A stretch of 64,000 nucleotides of DNA from Nitrospirota bacterium (GTDB taxonomy: Bacteria; Nitrospirota; UBA9217), in the NCBI GenBank assembly GCA_963737155.1, contig CAVTRN010000001.1, positions 1,440,001-1,504,000 on the forward strand, read 5' to 3'. Every line of letters starts with the position of its first letter. Within the stretch, counting starts at the first letter, position 1. The position numbers and the translations under genes were made by a program. The notes beneath the pieces were generated by a model. It was not told the DNA's origin, ran no database searches, and saw only the letters and a program-made list of their open reading frames with translations. Positions 32,716-42,122 of the stretch are shown here, piece after piece.

Positions 32716-33607
32716 TGTACATGCGGAAAGCCTCATTCCAGATGCACGGGCAGTGCTCGACTTGGACGATAAGGCCAGAGTGGATTATATCCGGCAGGAG
32801 AAGTGGATCCCGTATACTCGGGCAAACGAGATATTAGCCAGCCTTGAGGAACTTCTGATCACACCGAAGAAGTCACGGATGCCAAGTATGCTCATTGTTG
32901 GCGACTCAAACAATGGCAAATCCAGTATTGCACAAGAGTTCCTCCGTCGCCACCCACCTACTAATGGCATTGAGTCCGAAGCGTATCCCGTTATTTGGAT
33001 AGAAGCCCCGAATACCCCGGACGAGGGTAGGTTGTATAACAATATTCTGAAGCATCTTCTAGTGCCGTTCAAGTACAAGGACATGCCCTCGAAAAAAGAG
33101 CATGAGGTTGATTATTATTTCCAGAAACTTGGCACCAAAATGCTCATCATAGACGATATCCACAACATCTTGAGCGGACCCATAACGAAACAGCTAATAT
33201 TTATGAATGCTTTAAGAACTCTAAATAACAGTTTGTATATTCCTATCGTACTCTTGGGAATAGAAACAGCCTTACAAGCTGTTGCTACAGACAAACAGAC
33301 AAGCAGTAGGTTTCCACCTGTTGCGCTGCCTAAGTGGAAGCCTAATCAAGAGTATGTGTCGCTATTGCTTAGTATTGAAATGATTCTGCCTTTGAGAAAA
33401 GCATCCAATCTGGCTTCTGAAGAACTGGCTCCTTTAATCCTAGATCTTTCCGAAGGGTATATCGGGGATATTGTCGAATTGATGAATACCGCCGCTATCT
33501 ATGCCGTCCAGGCCGGGATTGAGCGGATCACCTCCAAAGTGATTTCTGCATGCGGTTACATCAAACCTTCACAACGAAGCCTCAAGGTAGGGCTGGAGAT
33601 AGTATGA
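32699..33607 (+). CDS. tnsC: TnsC/TniB AAA+ ATPase
   Basis: WIPY.RA, RMPSMLIVGDSNNGKS Walker A, MLIIDDIHN Walker B, SRF..LPKW, SEGYIG. Confidence 0.92.
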   Translation: MVTKDDVHAESLIPDARAVLDLDDKARVDYIRQEKWIPYTRANEILASLEELLITPKKSRMPSMLIVGDSNNGKSSIAQEFLRRHPPTNGIESEAYPVIWIEAPNTPDEGRLYNNILKHLLVPFKYKDMPSKKEHEVDYYFQKLGTKMLIIDDIHNILSGPITKQLIFMNALRTLNNSLYIPIVLLGIETALQAVATDKQTSSRFPPVALPKWKPNQEYVSLLLSIEMILPLRKASNLASEELAPLILDLSEGYIGDIVELMNTAAIYAVQAGIERITSKVISACGYIKPSQRSLKVGLEIV

Positions 33608-34796
33608 TGGGGTAGCAAACTTATATAGCGCCCAACTAAAGAAACGCCAGTTTGCGGTCAGGCTTAGACCAGAGAATAGTGAACTTCTCTCATCTTGGTT
33701 GGCAAGGACCATTTATGGCCATATGGTCGATTCCGCGACCTTTTTTAGCCTCTACTTTCCAGAGCGACAAAATATTATCTGGAAACGGGATATAGACCTA
33801 ACAGCCGATGATGAATTTTTGGAGATATTGTCTTATAAGAGCGGTCTGCGTTTCGGAGACCTCCTAGATCTTACGTTGAGATCATATGAGTCATATCTTG
33901 CGGAAAAGATATCCACTGTAGCAGCAAACCATTTTATTCAACCTTTGGGGAATTTTGGTCGAATGACAACAATGTACGGGCTGAGATTCTGTCCTATATG
34001 TCTGAAGGAAGATAAAATTCCTTTTTTTAGAAAAACATGGAGACTTTCTTTTTCAACGGCCTGTATTAAACACGGATGTTTCTTGCTGGACAGATGCCAG
34101 AAGTGCAATTACTCGATTTCCATTTTTAGGCGATTTTATGATCATGGCTTTCCTCATTGCTATAAATGCGGGGCGGAATATAAAAACGCAACGCCGGAAT
34201 TAATCACCGCCGACTCGCATGGGCTCCAACCTATCAAACAATTATATAACATACTGGATTCTGGCGTGTTTAGATTTTCCAACCGTTATACTTACTCCTT
34301 TTTATTCTTTGAGATGTTGTACAAGGTTATCAAACTCGTATGTTTCTGGAAAAAGGATAAGGCGTTCTTTGGTCAGCAAGATGATGTGTTATACAGAAAA
34401 CTTATGTTCAACGAGCCCATTCACAGATATCTGACAGATTACCCATTAAAGGTCCAACACCTTCTTTTTTCCAACGCAATGGATCTTTTTAACGGCCTGC
34501 CGGATAAACTTGTCGGGTTTTTAACTGCCAATAATATGAGAATGTCCGATCTAGTACATGACCTCAAATATGTTCCTTTTTGGTTTGCCGAAATTGCGGA
34601 ACAGTTCAATCTCGATCAGAGAGCTGTGACTATAGACGAGGTTCGTAATGCTATAACATACTTAAAAAAGAGGAATAAACTCGTTTATCGGCAATCTGTC
34701 GCGGATCTCATGGGGGTTTTCAATTTTAATCCCAAAAAGCGACGGGATATTAGTAAGCTGTTTAATAAAGTCGGGCGTTTTTATTTAGCTGCTTGA
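33604..34796 (+). CDS. tniQ: TniQ/TnsD-family target selector (start region possibly frameshifted)
   Basis: RPENSELLSSWLAR, FCPICL..RKTWRLSF.TACIKH..LLDRCQKC..CYKCG; frame open from 33603 but ATGs at 33604/33607 are out of frame; track start is TTG 33699. Confidence 0.88.
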
Positions 34797-34819
34797 TGAG
34801 GCTAACACATGCAATGATA

Positions 34820-35050
34820 TGCTATACGATTATGCTCCAACCGAGACTATCCCACTGTTGGATGCCCTATATACTTCAGAGTTGGGACTATTCTTAAACT
34901 TCTGTATGACTGCCCGTACCAGACCATGGAAGGACTCCACATAGTCATCGCGGATGTCATTGAACGATGCAACAAGTACTGACTTGTGGAAAAACATGGC
35001 TTCAGAAGCCTGCGGCAGGCATACGATCAGCTTCAGCTTAAAGTAGCCAC
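34820..35050 (+). pseudogene. Possible integrase/transposase fragment
   Basis: RYDYAPTETIPLLDALYTSELGLFLNF resembles the C-terminal part of rve-type transposases; broken frame. Confidence 0.35.
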
Positions 35051-35273
35051 GTAAGTACTATATTGTGTCCAAGGTACCAGGTGCGCTACACTTTAGTTCC
35101 GTTAGTTCCTTATTTCCAATAAATTAAAAGTGTGATATATTTCTACTGTATCTTCAAACCCCGTCTTACATTATCTGAGTCGATCGAATTCCATTAACAC
35201 CAGACTTCAGAATTATCGGGAGCGGTTCAATTCCTATAACAATGTTATGTGGCAACATAAATCGGAGTCAGAT

Positions 35274-35657
35274 ATGCCTACCTCTGAAATAATTAGAGCC
35301 TTTTTGTCTCATGCATCATCAACGAGTTCACGTTCAACAGCTCTTCAACCGCTTAGTTGGCTCACTGGAATATTGATATCAGGCTTAGTTATTGCACCCA
35401 AATGGAAGGCACCCAATTGGGTGCTTATTTTAATAGCGATTATGTTAGGTCTGACAGTAGCCCTTTTTTTGGCTAGCTACGGGTATTACGCATTAAAAAA
35501 ACCAGATGCCCTGCGTTCCGAGCGTTTTACATTATCCAAAATGGCTATTGAAAAGAATCTAATCGGAGATAATACTACTGGATTAACAGAAGTCGCAGAT
35601 TTTGGCGAAACAACGTCATTAAAAGTCCTTCCTGATAAACAGGGTGCTAAAGAATGA
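35274..35657 (+). CDS. Small 2-TM membrane hypothetical protein
   Basis: RSTALQPLSW..2 TM..PDALRSERF; RBS ggag upstream. Confidence 0.65.
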   Translation: MPTSEIIRAFLSHASSTSSRSTALQPLSWLTGILISGLVIAPKWKAPNWVLILIAIMLGLTVALFLASYGYYALKKPDALRSERFTLSKMAIEKNLIGDNTTGLTEVADFGETTSLKVLPDKQGAKE

Positions 35658-35944
35658 AGAACATAGCGATTAGCTTGAATGCTGGATTACCAAATCAGCG
35701 GAATGAGATAACAAATTTATTCTCAAACAACGATTGGGCATATTGGCACTGGATCGATGATTTCTGGATCGTTCAGGTGCCAGACGAATACACCCCCCAA
35801 TCGCTTTACGAAAAATTGGGTAAATTACCTAGTCTTGGCTCCTCAACTATCCTTGTTTTTGAATTCCAAGGGTCGATTACCTACTGGGGTATTGCCGAAG
35901 AAGAAGCATGGAAGTGGCTGAGTGTCATAGGTGTAGCCGGTTAA
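35654..35944 (+). CDS. Small hypothetical protein (ferredoxin-like-fold pattern)
   Basis: ATGA overlap with upstream gene; YWHWIDDFWIV..ILVFE..YWG..AWKWL. Confidence 0.65.
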   Translation: MKNIAISLNAGLPNQRNEITNLFSNNDWAYWHWIDDFWIVQVPDEYTPQSLYEKLGKLPSLGSSTILVFEFQGSITYWGIAEEEAWKWLSVIGVAG

Positions 35945-36080
35945 GCACTGTGCTAAATTTGTGTTAAAAGTGTTCAAAAAGGACAGAACAGTAAAATAGA
36001 TAGAGTTAACAGAACAGCAACAACCTCTTGATTGTGAAAGTAAAACGGGAAACCAGGCAACAAATCAAGGTTTTTTTCTT

Positions 36081-36124
36081 CTTTCACGGCGATAGCAGGG
36101 GTTCGAATCCTCTTGGGGACGCCA
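36081..36124 (+). other. tRNA-Glu(TTC) 3'-half fragment; integrase att-site scar
   Basis: ctttcacggcgatagcaggggttcgaatcctcttggggacgcca matches anticodon loop to CCA of tRNA-Glu; no 5' half/D-arm upstream. Confidence 0.85.
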
Positions 36125-36325
36125 ACAATTCCTAAAAGAATCAGAACTTTTACGGTTCTGGTTCTTTTTAATTTTTGGTACACAGATAGTACACATTTGA
36201 CTGCGGACGGTCCCATCATCAGTAGCCTCTCCTCTTGTAAATTCCTGCTGCCTGTTTTATACTCATTTTGATCAATTAGCCCGAAAAGTTTACCTTCTAA
36301 GAACAACAAAAAGCTGGGAGGCGTT

Positions 36326-37462
36326 ATGTCGTCGATAGAATGCGCTTTCTGTGGCACACCTATTACCGAACAAAACGACTCCAAAGAGCATTTGATCGCA
36401 AATGCAATAGGGGGGAGAAAAAAAATCAGTGGCTTCCTTTGTAAAGTTTGCAATAGTATATCAGGGAAAGATTGGGATGCTGAGCTTGCTAAACAACTAA
36501 ACCCCCTCAGTTTATTTTTTGGGATTATTAGAGAAAGAGGTGAAGTCCCATCACAGATAGTGGAAACAACCAAAGGCGATCGACTTCAATATAATCCTGA
36601 CGGCAGAATGAGCCTGCCAAAGCCCGAGTACAAGGAAGAGTCGCTCGGCGCAGGCGTACAAATAAGCATAAAAGCGAGATCACTCAAAGAGGCGCGGCAA
36701 ATGCTTGCTGGAATTAGAAGAAAGTATCCGAAAATCGAGACAAATGGATTACTTCAGAATGCCAAACGCGAATCTTTCTATTCGAAAGATATGCTTAAAT
36801 TCAGTCACTCATTTGGAGGGCATAAGGTTGGACGAGCACTGGTTAAATCAGCTTTTGGGCTTGCTGTTGCTGCGGGTGTTAATCCCAAATCATGCGAGAA
36901 TGCCATTAACTATTTGACTAAAGAAAATTCAGAGGCATGTTTTGGATATTTTTACGAGCGGGACCTGATAAAAAATCGGCCGGACGGTGTTGTATTTCAC
37001 TGTGTTGCTGTGAATGGTAATCTAAAAACACGCCAACTTCTCGGATATGTGGAGTATTACGGCGTTCGAAGAATGATAATTTCTCTTTCTGATTCGTATG
37101 ATGGGCAAGAGTTCTCTAACGTTTATGCGATTGATCCCATTTCGGGTAACGAGATTGCTCTTGATGTTGACCTTTCACTTACACCAGAGGAAGTGAAAGC
37201 CGCATATCGATACGAGAAGATTCCGCCGGGGTCGGTTGAATCTGCCTTTAAAAAAGTTATTCTAATCGGTTTAGAAAAGGCTTTTGAAAAAGAGAAAAAC
37301 AGGGCAATAACGGAAGCGGTCGAATACGCTATTAAGAATTGCGGAGCGGCAGAAGGCGAGCTTTTAACAGAGGACCATACGAAAAAATTAATAGGCCTTA
37401 TAATGGAAAAGCTAGAGCCTTACTTAATGCATCACACCAAAGATCATTCGGAACGGAGATAA
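36326..37462 (+). CDS. HNH endonuclease family protein
   Basis: CAFC..DSKEHLIANAIGG..LCKVCNS..G..D. Confidence 0.85.
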   Translation: MSSIECAFCGTPITEQNDSKEHLIANAIGGRKKISGFLCKVCNSISGKDWDAELAKQLNPLSLFFGIIRERGEVPSQIVETTKGDRLQYNPDGRMSLPKPEYKEESLGAGVQISIKARSLKEARQMLAGIRRKYPKIETNGLLQNAKRESFYSKDMLKFSHSFGGHKVGRALVKSAFGLAVAAGVNPKSCENAINYLTKENSEACFGYFYERDLIKNRPDGVVFHCVAVNGNLKTRQLLGYVEYYGVRRMIISLSDSYDGQEFSNVYAIDPISGNEIALDVDLSLTPEEVKAAYRYEKIPPGSVESAFKKVILIGLEKAFEKEKNRAITEAVEYAIKNCGAAEGELLTEDHTKKLIGLIMEKLEPYLMHHTKDHSERR

Positions 37463-38342
37463 AATCTTATGTGGAAATCAAACCCGACCTTCGGAAACTT
37501 AGTCCTCCCTACGACGACCTCCGTAAACATCGTCGGACCAAGTTTGTTCAAATCCTTCATGTCAGTTCAGCAATGCGCACACTTAAGGGTTTCATAGCCC
37601 AGCGCCTCACCATAATGCTCCCATTTGCCGCCATCTTGGGGCACACTGGGAAATCCTGAACCGTAGCCATAATGAGACATCCTGAAATAGAAAAGGCTGG
37701 CACGGCATTTCCGCCAGGTAGCCTTTAGGTTCGTAACTTAAACCGATTTCAACACATCATGCATTATCCGAATTATTCATGCACTCGCTTTATTTGGTCG
37801 ATAGACCCGACAACCTTTAACGATGCCGCTTCTACCGCCTTATACATCTGCTCAGCTTTTTCTCGGTTCCCGGTGCGGTAAGCTGCAATTGCTTCCTTCG
37901 ACAGCCGGGTTGTATTTCTTTATGAGGTTCTACCACTGTCTTGTAGCTTAGCATCTGCCCGCAAATTATCTGGTCTTCTTTGTCGTACCACTTCCCGAAC
38001 CTGCATTGGCGATTGTGGAAGTGGCTTCTATGTTCTTTGTAACCTCTTCGGTTGCCGCCGACTGTTCTTTCTATAACGCACAATATATGATTATGGACTT
38101 CATTTCCATCACGTAGGCAAAATGCTTTATGATAAAGTTGATTATTTCCAATAAACGAGAAATGTGATATGCTTCTAACACACTTTCAGATTGCATATTA
38201 CAAAAACGGGGGTATAGCACGTCCCTCTGAATAACAACATCTAGACCTTGTGTGTGAGTTCCAGACTTATATTATAACTAGTCGTTAAACCCAAAACTAA
38301 GAAACCTGTATTTTAACTCAGCATTAGTATGAGGAATATTGA

Positions 38343-39233
38343 ATGGCACGACATAGAACAAGTCCACTTGAGGATTTCTTCTTAATAGTGATCAGAAAAA
38401 TCCCCTGGTGGGTTTTTGTTTTTTTGGCGCTGATATCATTTTCGGTGTTGCATTTTTTTGCCACTAGACCTTTGGTAAACATAGGCCCAGTTTACCTGCT
38501 AAAAAGAACTATTCAAATGTTGGCTATGTTCGGACAATACCTTATCCTTATTTTTATTGGTCTTGTAGCTCTATTGTCAGCCATGCAGAAAAAGCTGTAC
38601 GGCAGAACGGAGTCACGCTTCGATGTTGCTGCTTTGAATGAAATGAGCTGGGAGGATTTCGAGAGGCTAGTCGGCGAATACTATGAACGTGTTGGTTTCC
38701 AAGTTACACGGACAGGCAGCGATGGCCCCGATGGTGGTATAGATTTAGTGCTACGTAAAGATGGCGAAACACATCTAGTACAGTGCAAACAGTGGAAGGC
38801 ATATAAGGTCGGGGTGCAACCGGTCCGAGAGTTCTACGGAGTAATGGCCGCGCGTGGTGTAGCTGGTGGATACTTTGTCACCTCCGGCGCATACACCGAA
38901 GCGGCTCAGGAATTTGCACAGGGCCTCAATGTTGAATTGATTGACGGGGGCAAGCTCGTGGATATGATTGACTTGGCGCGAAAGAAGCCTACAGCGTTAG
39001 CTATTAAAAACGAATCAGAACAATTGGCCATTACACCAGTCTGTCCAAAATGTGGCGCAGAGATGAATAAACGGGTCGGGCGTCTAGGAAACACTGCTGG
39101 TAAGGAATTTTGGGGGTGCAGCACCTTTCCAGAATGTAACGGCACTCGACAGCTGGAGTATGCCGCCAGCGATGGGGTTACACTTACAGTGTCATCGAAA
39201 GCGGCTACTTCTGTGCCAGAAAAAAAGAGTTGA
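38343..39233 (+). CDS. Mrr-family restriction endonuclease with N-terminal TMs and topoisomerase Zn-ribbon
   Basis: SWEDFERLVGE..DGGIDL..VQCKQW..VREFYG..VTSG..ELIDG; CPKCG..FWGCSTFPEC. Confidence 0.9.
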   Translation: MARHRTSPLEDFFLIVIRKIPWWVFVFLALISFSVLHFFATRPLVNIGPVYLLKRTIQMLAMFGQYLILIFIGLVALLSAMQKKLYGRTESRFDVAALNEMSWEDFERLVGEYYERVGFQVTRTGSDGPDGGIDLVLRKDGETHLVQCKQWKAYKVGVQPVREFYGVMAARGVAGGYFVTSGAYTEAAQEFAQGLNVELIDGGKLVDMIDLARKKPTALAIKNESEQLAITPVCPKCGAEMNKRVGRLGNTAGKEFWGCSTFPECNGTRQLEYAASDGVTLTVSSKAATSVPEKKS

Positions 39234-39921
39234 CCCGATTGTGGTGCGGAGCTGTTTTGGTTCAAGAGCGGTCAATATATTTACGGCTGTATAACTGTAA
39301 GAAAGGATGGCCAGTGGAGCTGGCGTGGTATCGTGGTATGATGAGTCGTGTTTGTGACCATTAGAAATGTATGACTTTGCTTCACAGGTTCACCGCAAAA
39401 CCGTTAAGGAATGACTGCTTCCGTCCATTGCCCATATTCGTTTTTCACAGGGTTAAAAAAGACGGAACCTTAGGAGTGACAATTTACGTCAGTTTTTTGC
39501 CATAAATTGGCAATTCTTATGTTTTTTTATTATACTTCCAGTTAATTTCGTTAAAAAAACAATGTATTATTAAAAACCTCATGTTAAGCATATTAATTGC
39601 ATGTTTATGCGTAGAAAATATATAAATTAGATTATAATTTATTAATATATAGCTCTTAATAAAAATTGTGTTGATTTTTATGATACAATAAGTTAAAGTC
39701 AACTCTAATTTTAGCCGAAAAGTTATCTAGTAGATTGTTGAACAGCCATCCGTACGTTTATCCTTCAACCGAATTAGGCTGAAGAAAGGGATAAGTTGAA
39801 GAGGGGTATTATTAGTGATCGGTAAACTTGCCGAACTATTCAAAATATTCTTCAACAAGGTGAGTAGAACATATCTGGGAGCTAGTTATAACAAAATGTG
39901 ATAAAGGGGAGGTAAAATATC

Positions 39922-39951
39922 ATGAGAAAAGGTGACCCGACAGAAGAGTAA
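39922..39951 (+). CDS. Putative 9-aa micropeptide MRKGDPTEE
   Basis: Strong SD (aaaggggaggt) 8 nt upstream of ATG; followed by terminator hairpin. Confidence 0.3.
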   Translation: MRKGDPTEE

Positions 39952-39975
39952 AAGAGAATCTCAGCAATCATTAGT

Positions 39976-40017
39976 AATAAATAAAAAGAGGGGCAATGGC
40001 CCCTCTTTTTATTTATT
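39976..40017. terminator. Bidirectional intrinsic terminator
   Basis: 19-bp perfect stem aataaataaaaagaggggc-aatg-gcccctctttttatttatt. Confidence 0.85.
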
Positions 40018-40033
40018 GGTTATGATATAGAAA

Positions 40034-41635
40034 TTACTTGGTATTCATGATCTCTTGGACATGGTTCAATTGCATGTTCATACTTCTAAAATTAAATGAT
40101 GTGTAATTAACTTTATCGCCCATCGTTTTACAGTATTCTTTAGCCTTGGCCAAATCTTTTGCATCTTTACTCCTTTTGTAGGTATGGTAGTAGAACATAG
40201 CAACGGAGTCAAACATATTACTAGTGGCAGTTTCTTTTTCTAGCAGTGTTTCTAATTCCATGAAGTAGCTTCTGGCAATGTTATAATCCGAATCTGAATT
40301 GGTTAGCACATATTTTTCTAAAGCATACCAGCAAACATTGTTGATCAAATTCTCATAGTCTTGATCTGGAAATGTGCCAGTATTTTTATCAACAATTTTC
40401 CGAGCTTCCATTATTTTTTCTAGTGCAATATCTATATATTCAGAGCCGAGCATCCAATACGTATATGCAAGTCTAGCTTTCACCTTGAATAAATTTTTGT
40501 AGTCACATGCTGGTTGATTATCTAGAATTTTTTCGCTTTCATCGAAAGCAGCTAAAGCGTTTTCAATATGATTCGGGAGATCACTTTGAATAAAATATAT
40601 CTCTCCTATTCGGAAAAATACAACATAGTGGTCAGGATGTTTTTCTTTAACTTTCTCATAAGTTTTTAGCGCTTCGTTGTACTTCCCTTCATAAAATAAT
40701 AAGAAAGCATCCTCCATATCATTCCAATATTGAAGGTTAAGATCACTATCGAAGTCCTGTTTTTTTAACTGGCTAAAAAGATTGGAATAAAGTTCTCGTG
40801 CCTTCTTTAGCCATGGAACTTTTGGATTTTTTAAATTATAGGTTTTAATAAAAGCCCAGTATATTTCGAACTTATCCTTAAAAGGTCCATCTTCAATAAA
40901 TATTTTCGGAAATAACTCTTCTTCATAAGTAAAAAACCCACGTGGTCCAAGCTTTTCATTTGAATATTTATCCCCGCATTGCTCTCTCTCGTTTATCTCC
41001 CTTAAATGAGTCATAAGAACATCCATTGTCTGGAGGTCGCGAGCAAGCAAAGAAAAACTTTTCTTTATATGTGGATGAATACTACCCCTTTTATAAGAAA
41101 GTGAATGCTCTAATTCACCCCATACATCCTGGAGTAGAGTTCTTAATTGAATTTCAGCAGTAAACGACTTATCCCCAACTACTCGTTCGATAACATAATG
41201 TATCGATTTATAACCTGACTTTTTTTCATCGATTAAAGGTATTGCTCGATCGTAATATTTTTTGGTCATTCCGATAATTAGGTCAATATTATCATTATCT
41301 TCCCAATTATATATTTTAAGTTCTCTCAATGAGAAACCGTTTGCCAATAGTGCCCCGAGAAAAAAGTCATGAGTAAGAAAAATATCTTTTTCAAAGAGGC
41401 ACAATAATCTAAAGCCCGCATAGTCCGTTATATTATCGAGTACAGTAATCTTTTTTCGTTTTGTTTTTAAGAATACGCTTTCAGGAGATTTAACACGATA
41501 TTTCGATGTGTAAACCGGAAGGTTTTGTTCTTGTCGTCCCTGTTTTACTATACCGTCTAGTTCACTTAAGATGCTATTGAAACCATGTATATACTTTTTT
41601 ACATATGCAGTAATTTCAGAAAAAGTAATTGACAC
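40034..41635 (-). CDS. RelA/SpoT (alarmone synthetase) domain fused to C-terminal TPR repeats
   Basis: RVKSPES..K, ITDYAGFRL, SGYKSIHY, EIQLRTLLQDVWGELEH..YK; TPR pattern YYEGKYNEAL-like (FYEGKYNEALKTYEKV..FRIGEIYF). Confidence 0.85.
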   Translation of the reverse strand: MSITFSEITAYVKKYIHGFNSILSELDGIVKQGRQEQNLPVYTSKYRVKSPESVFLKTKRKKITVLDNITDYAGFRLLCLFEKDIFLTHDFFLGALLANGFSLRELKIYNWEDNDNIDLIIGMTKKYYDRAIPLIDEKKSGYKSIHYVIERVVGDKSFTAEIQLRTLLQDVWGELEHSLSYKRGSIHPHIKKSFSLLARDLQTMDVLMTHLREINEREQCGDKYSNEKLGPRGFFTYEEELFPKIFIEDGPFKDKFEIYWAFIKTYNLKNPKVPWLKKARELYSNLFSQLKKQDFDSDLNLQYWNDMEDAFLLFYEGKYNEALKTYEKVKEKHPDHYVVFFRIGEIYFIQSDLPNHIENALAAFDESEKILDNQPACDYKNLFKVKARLAYTYWMLGSEYIDIALEKIMEARKIVDKNTGTFPDQDYENLINNVCWYALEKYVLTNSDSDYNIARSYFMELETLLEKETATSNMFDSVAMFYYHTYKRSKDAKDLAKAKEYCKTMGDKVNYTSFNFRSMNMQLNHVQEIMNTK

Positions 41636-42046
41636 CGCTTGTCACCTCCTGATTTTAATAAATCGTGAGTAAGAATATTAGTAGAACGACTCCTTTTCAA
41701 TAAGTTAATTAGCATAGTTTAATTGAACTGATTACCTGCGCCCGTCGATATAAGTCAAAGTCGTGATTCGCATAATCCCTCAAAACGACGCTAGGTAGCT
41801 GACAGCATAGCCAGAGTGTCAGGTGGAGGGGGCCGTTAAGCCCGTTGCGCCGCACCGTGCCTGTCACGTGCGGCATACAGAACCAGCCTGATGAGCGCGT
41901 GATGTAGTGAAGAACCGACATTAAAACCGCAGGAAACTATGGTCATGGTCGGGATGATGGTAGCTTAGAAAAACATCGATGAGAAAATTAAAGTTTCTCG
42001 TCAACGAGATACCTTTTCTTTTTTGACAAGTGCCATTTAAACGGAT

Positions 42047-42122
42047 GCCTATGAATATTTGCGTAACCGGCGCGGAGCATGCGCCAGCGTGCGAAAAGTC
42101 CAGGTTGACGCGGTGGTTAGGC
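42047..42122 (-). other. attC-like integron recombination site (degenerate)
   Basis: Minus strand GCCTAAC-caccGCGTCAACC..GGTTACGC..cataggc; inner inverted repeat with one extra base; contains the read-through stop of the cyclase. Confidence 0.6.

Larger units (their letters stand above)
29658..34796 (+). mobile_element. Tn7-like transposon: end plus core tnsA-tnsB-tnsC-tniQ module (distal end not found)
   Basis: Terminal TGTCACAAAC at the gene-break point, 225-bp AT-rich end region, four co-oriented tns genes. Confidence 0.85.

Noticed and set aside
36045-36124. Functional tRNA-Glu gene
   Set aside because: No 5' acceptor strand or D-arm upstream of the anticodon loop.
39231-39290. Selenocysteine recoding in the Mrr gene
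   Set aside because: No convincing SECIS hairpin by eye, and the downstream Zn-ribbon is degenerate.
39345-39720. Distal Tn7 end (gtttgtgacc at ~39350; AT-rich 39500-39720)
   Set aside because: Does not end in ACA, lacks the ccgcc duplication and is not followed by the DUF815 5' half.
41795-41950. Group II intron domain V/VI
   Set aside because: No canonical DV (catalytic triad with GNRA-capped stem) recognisable on either strand.
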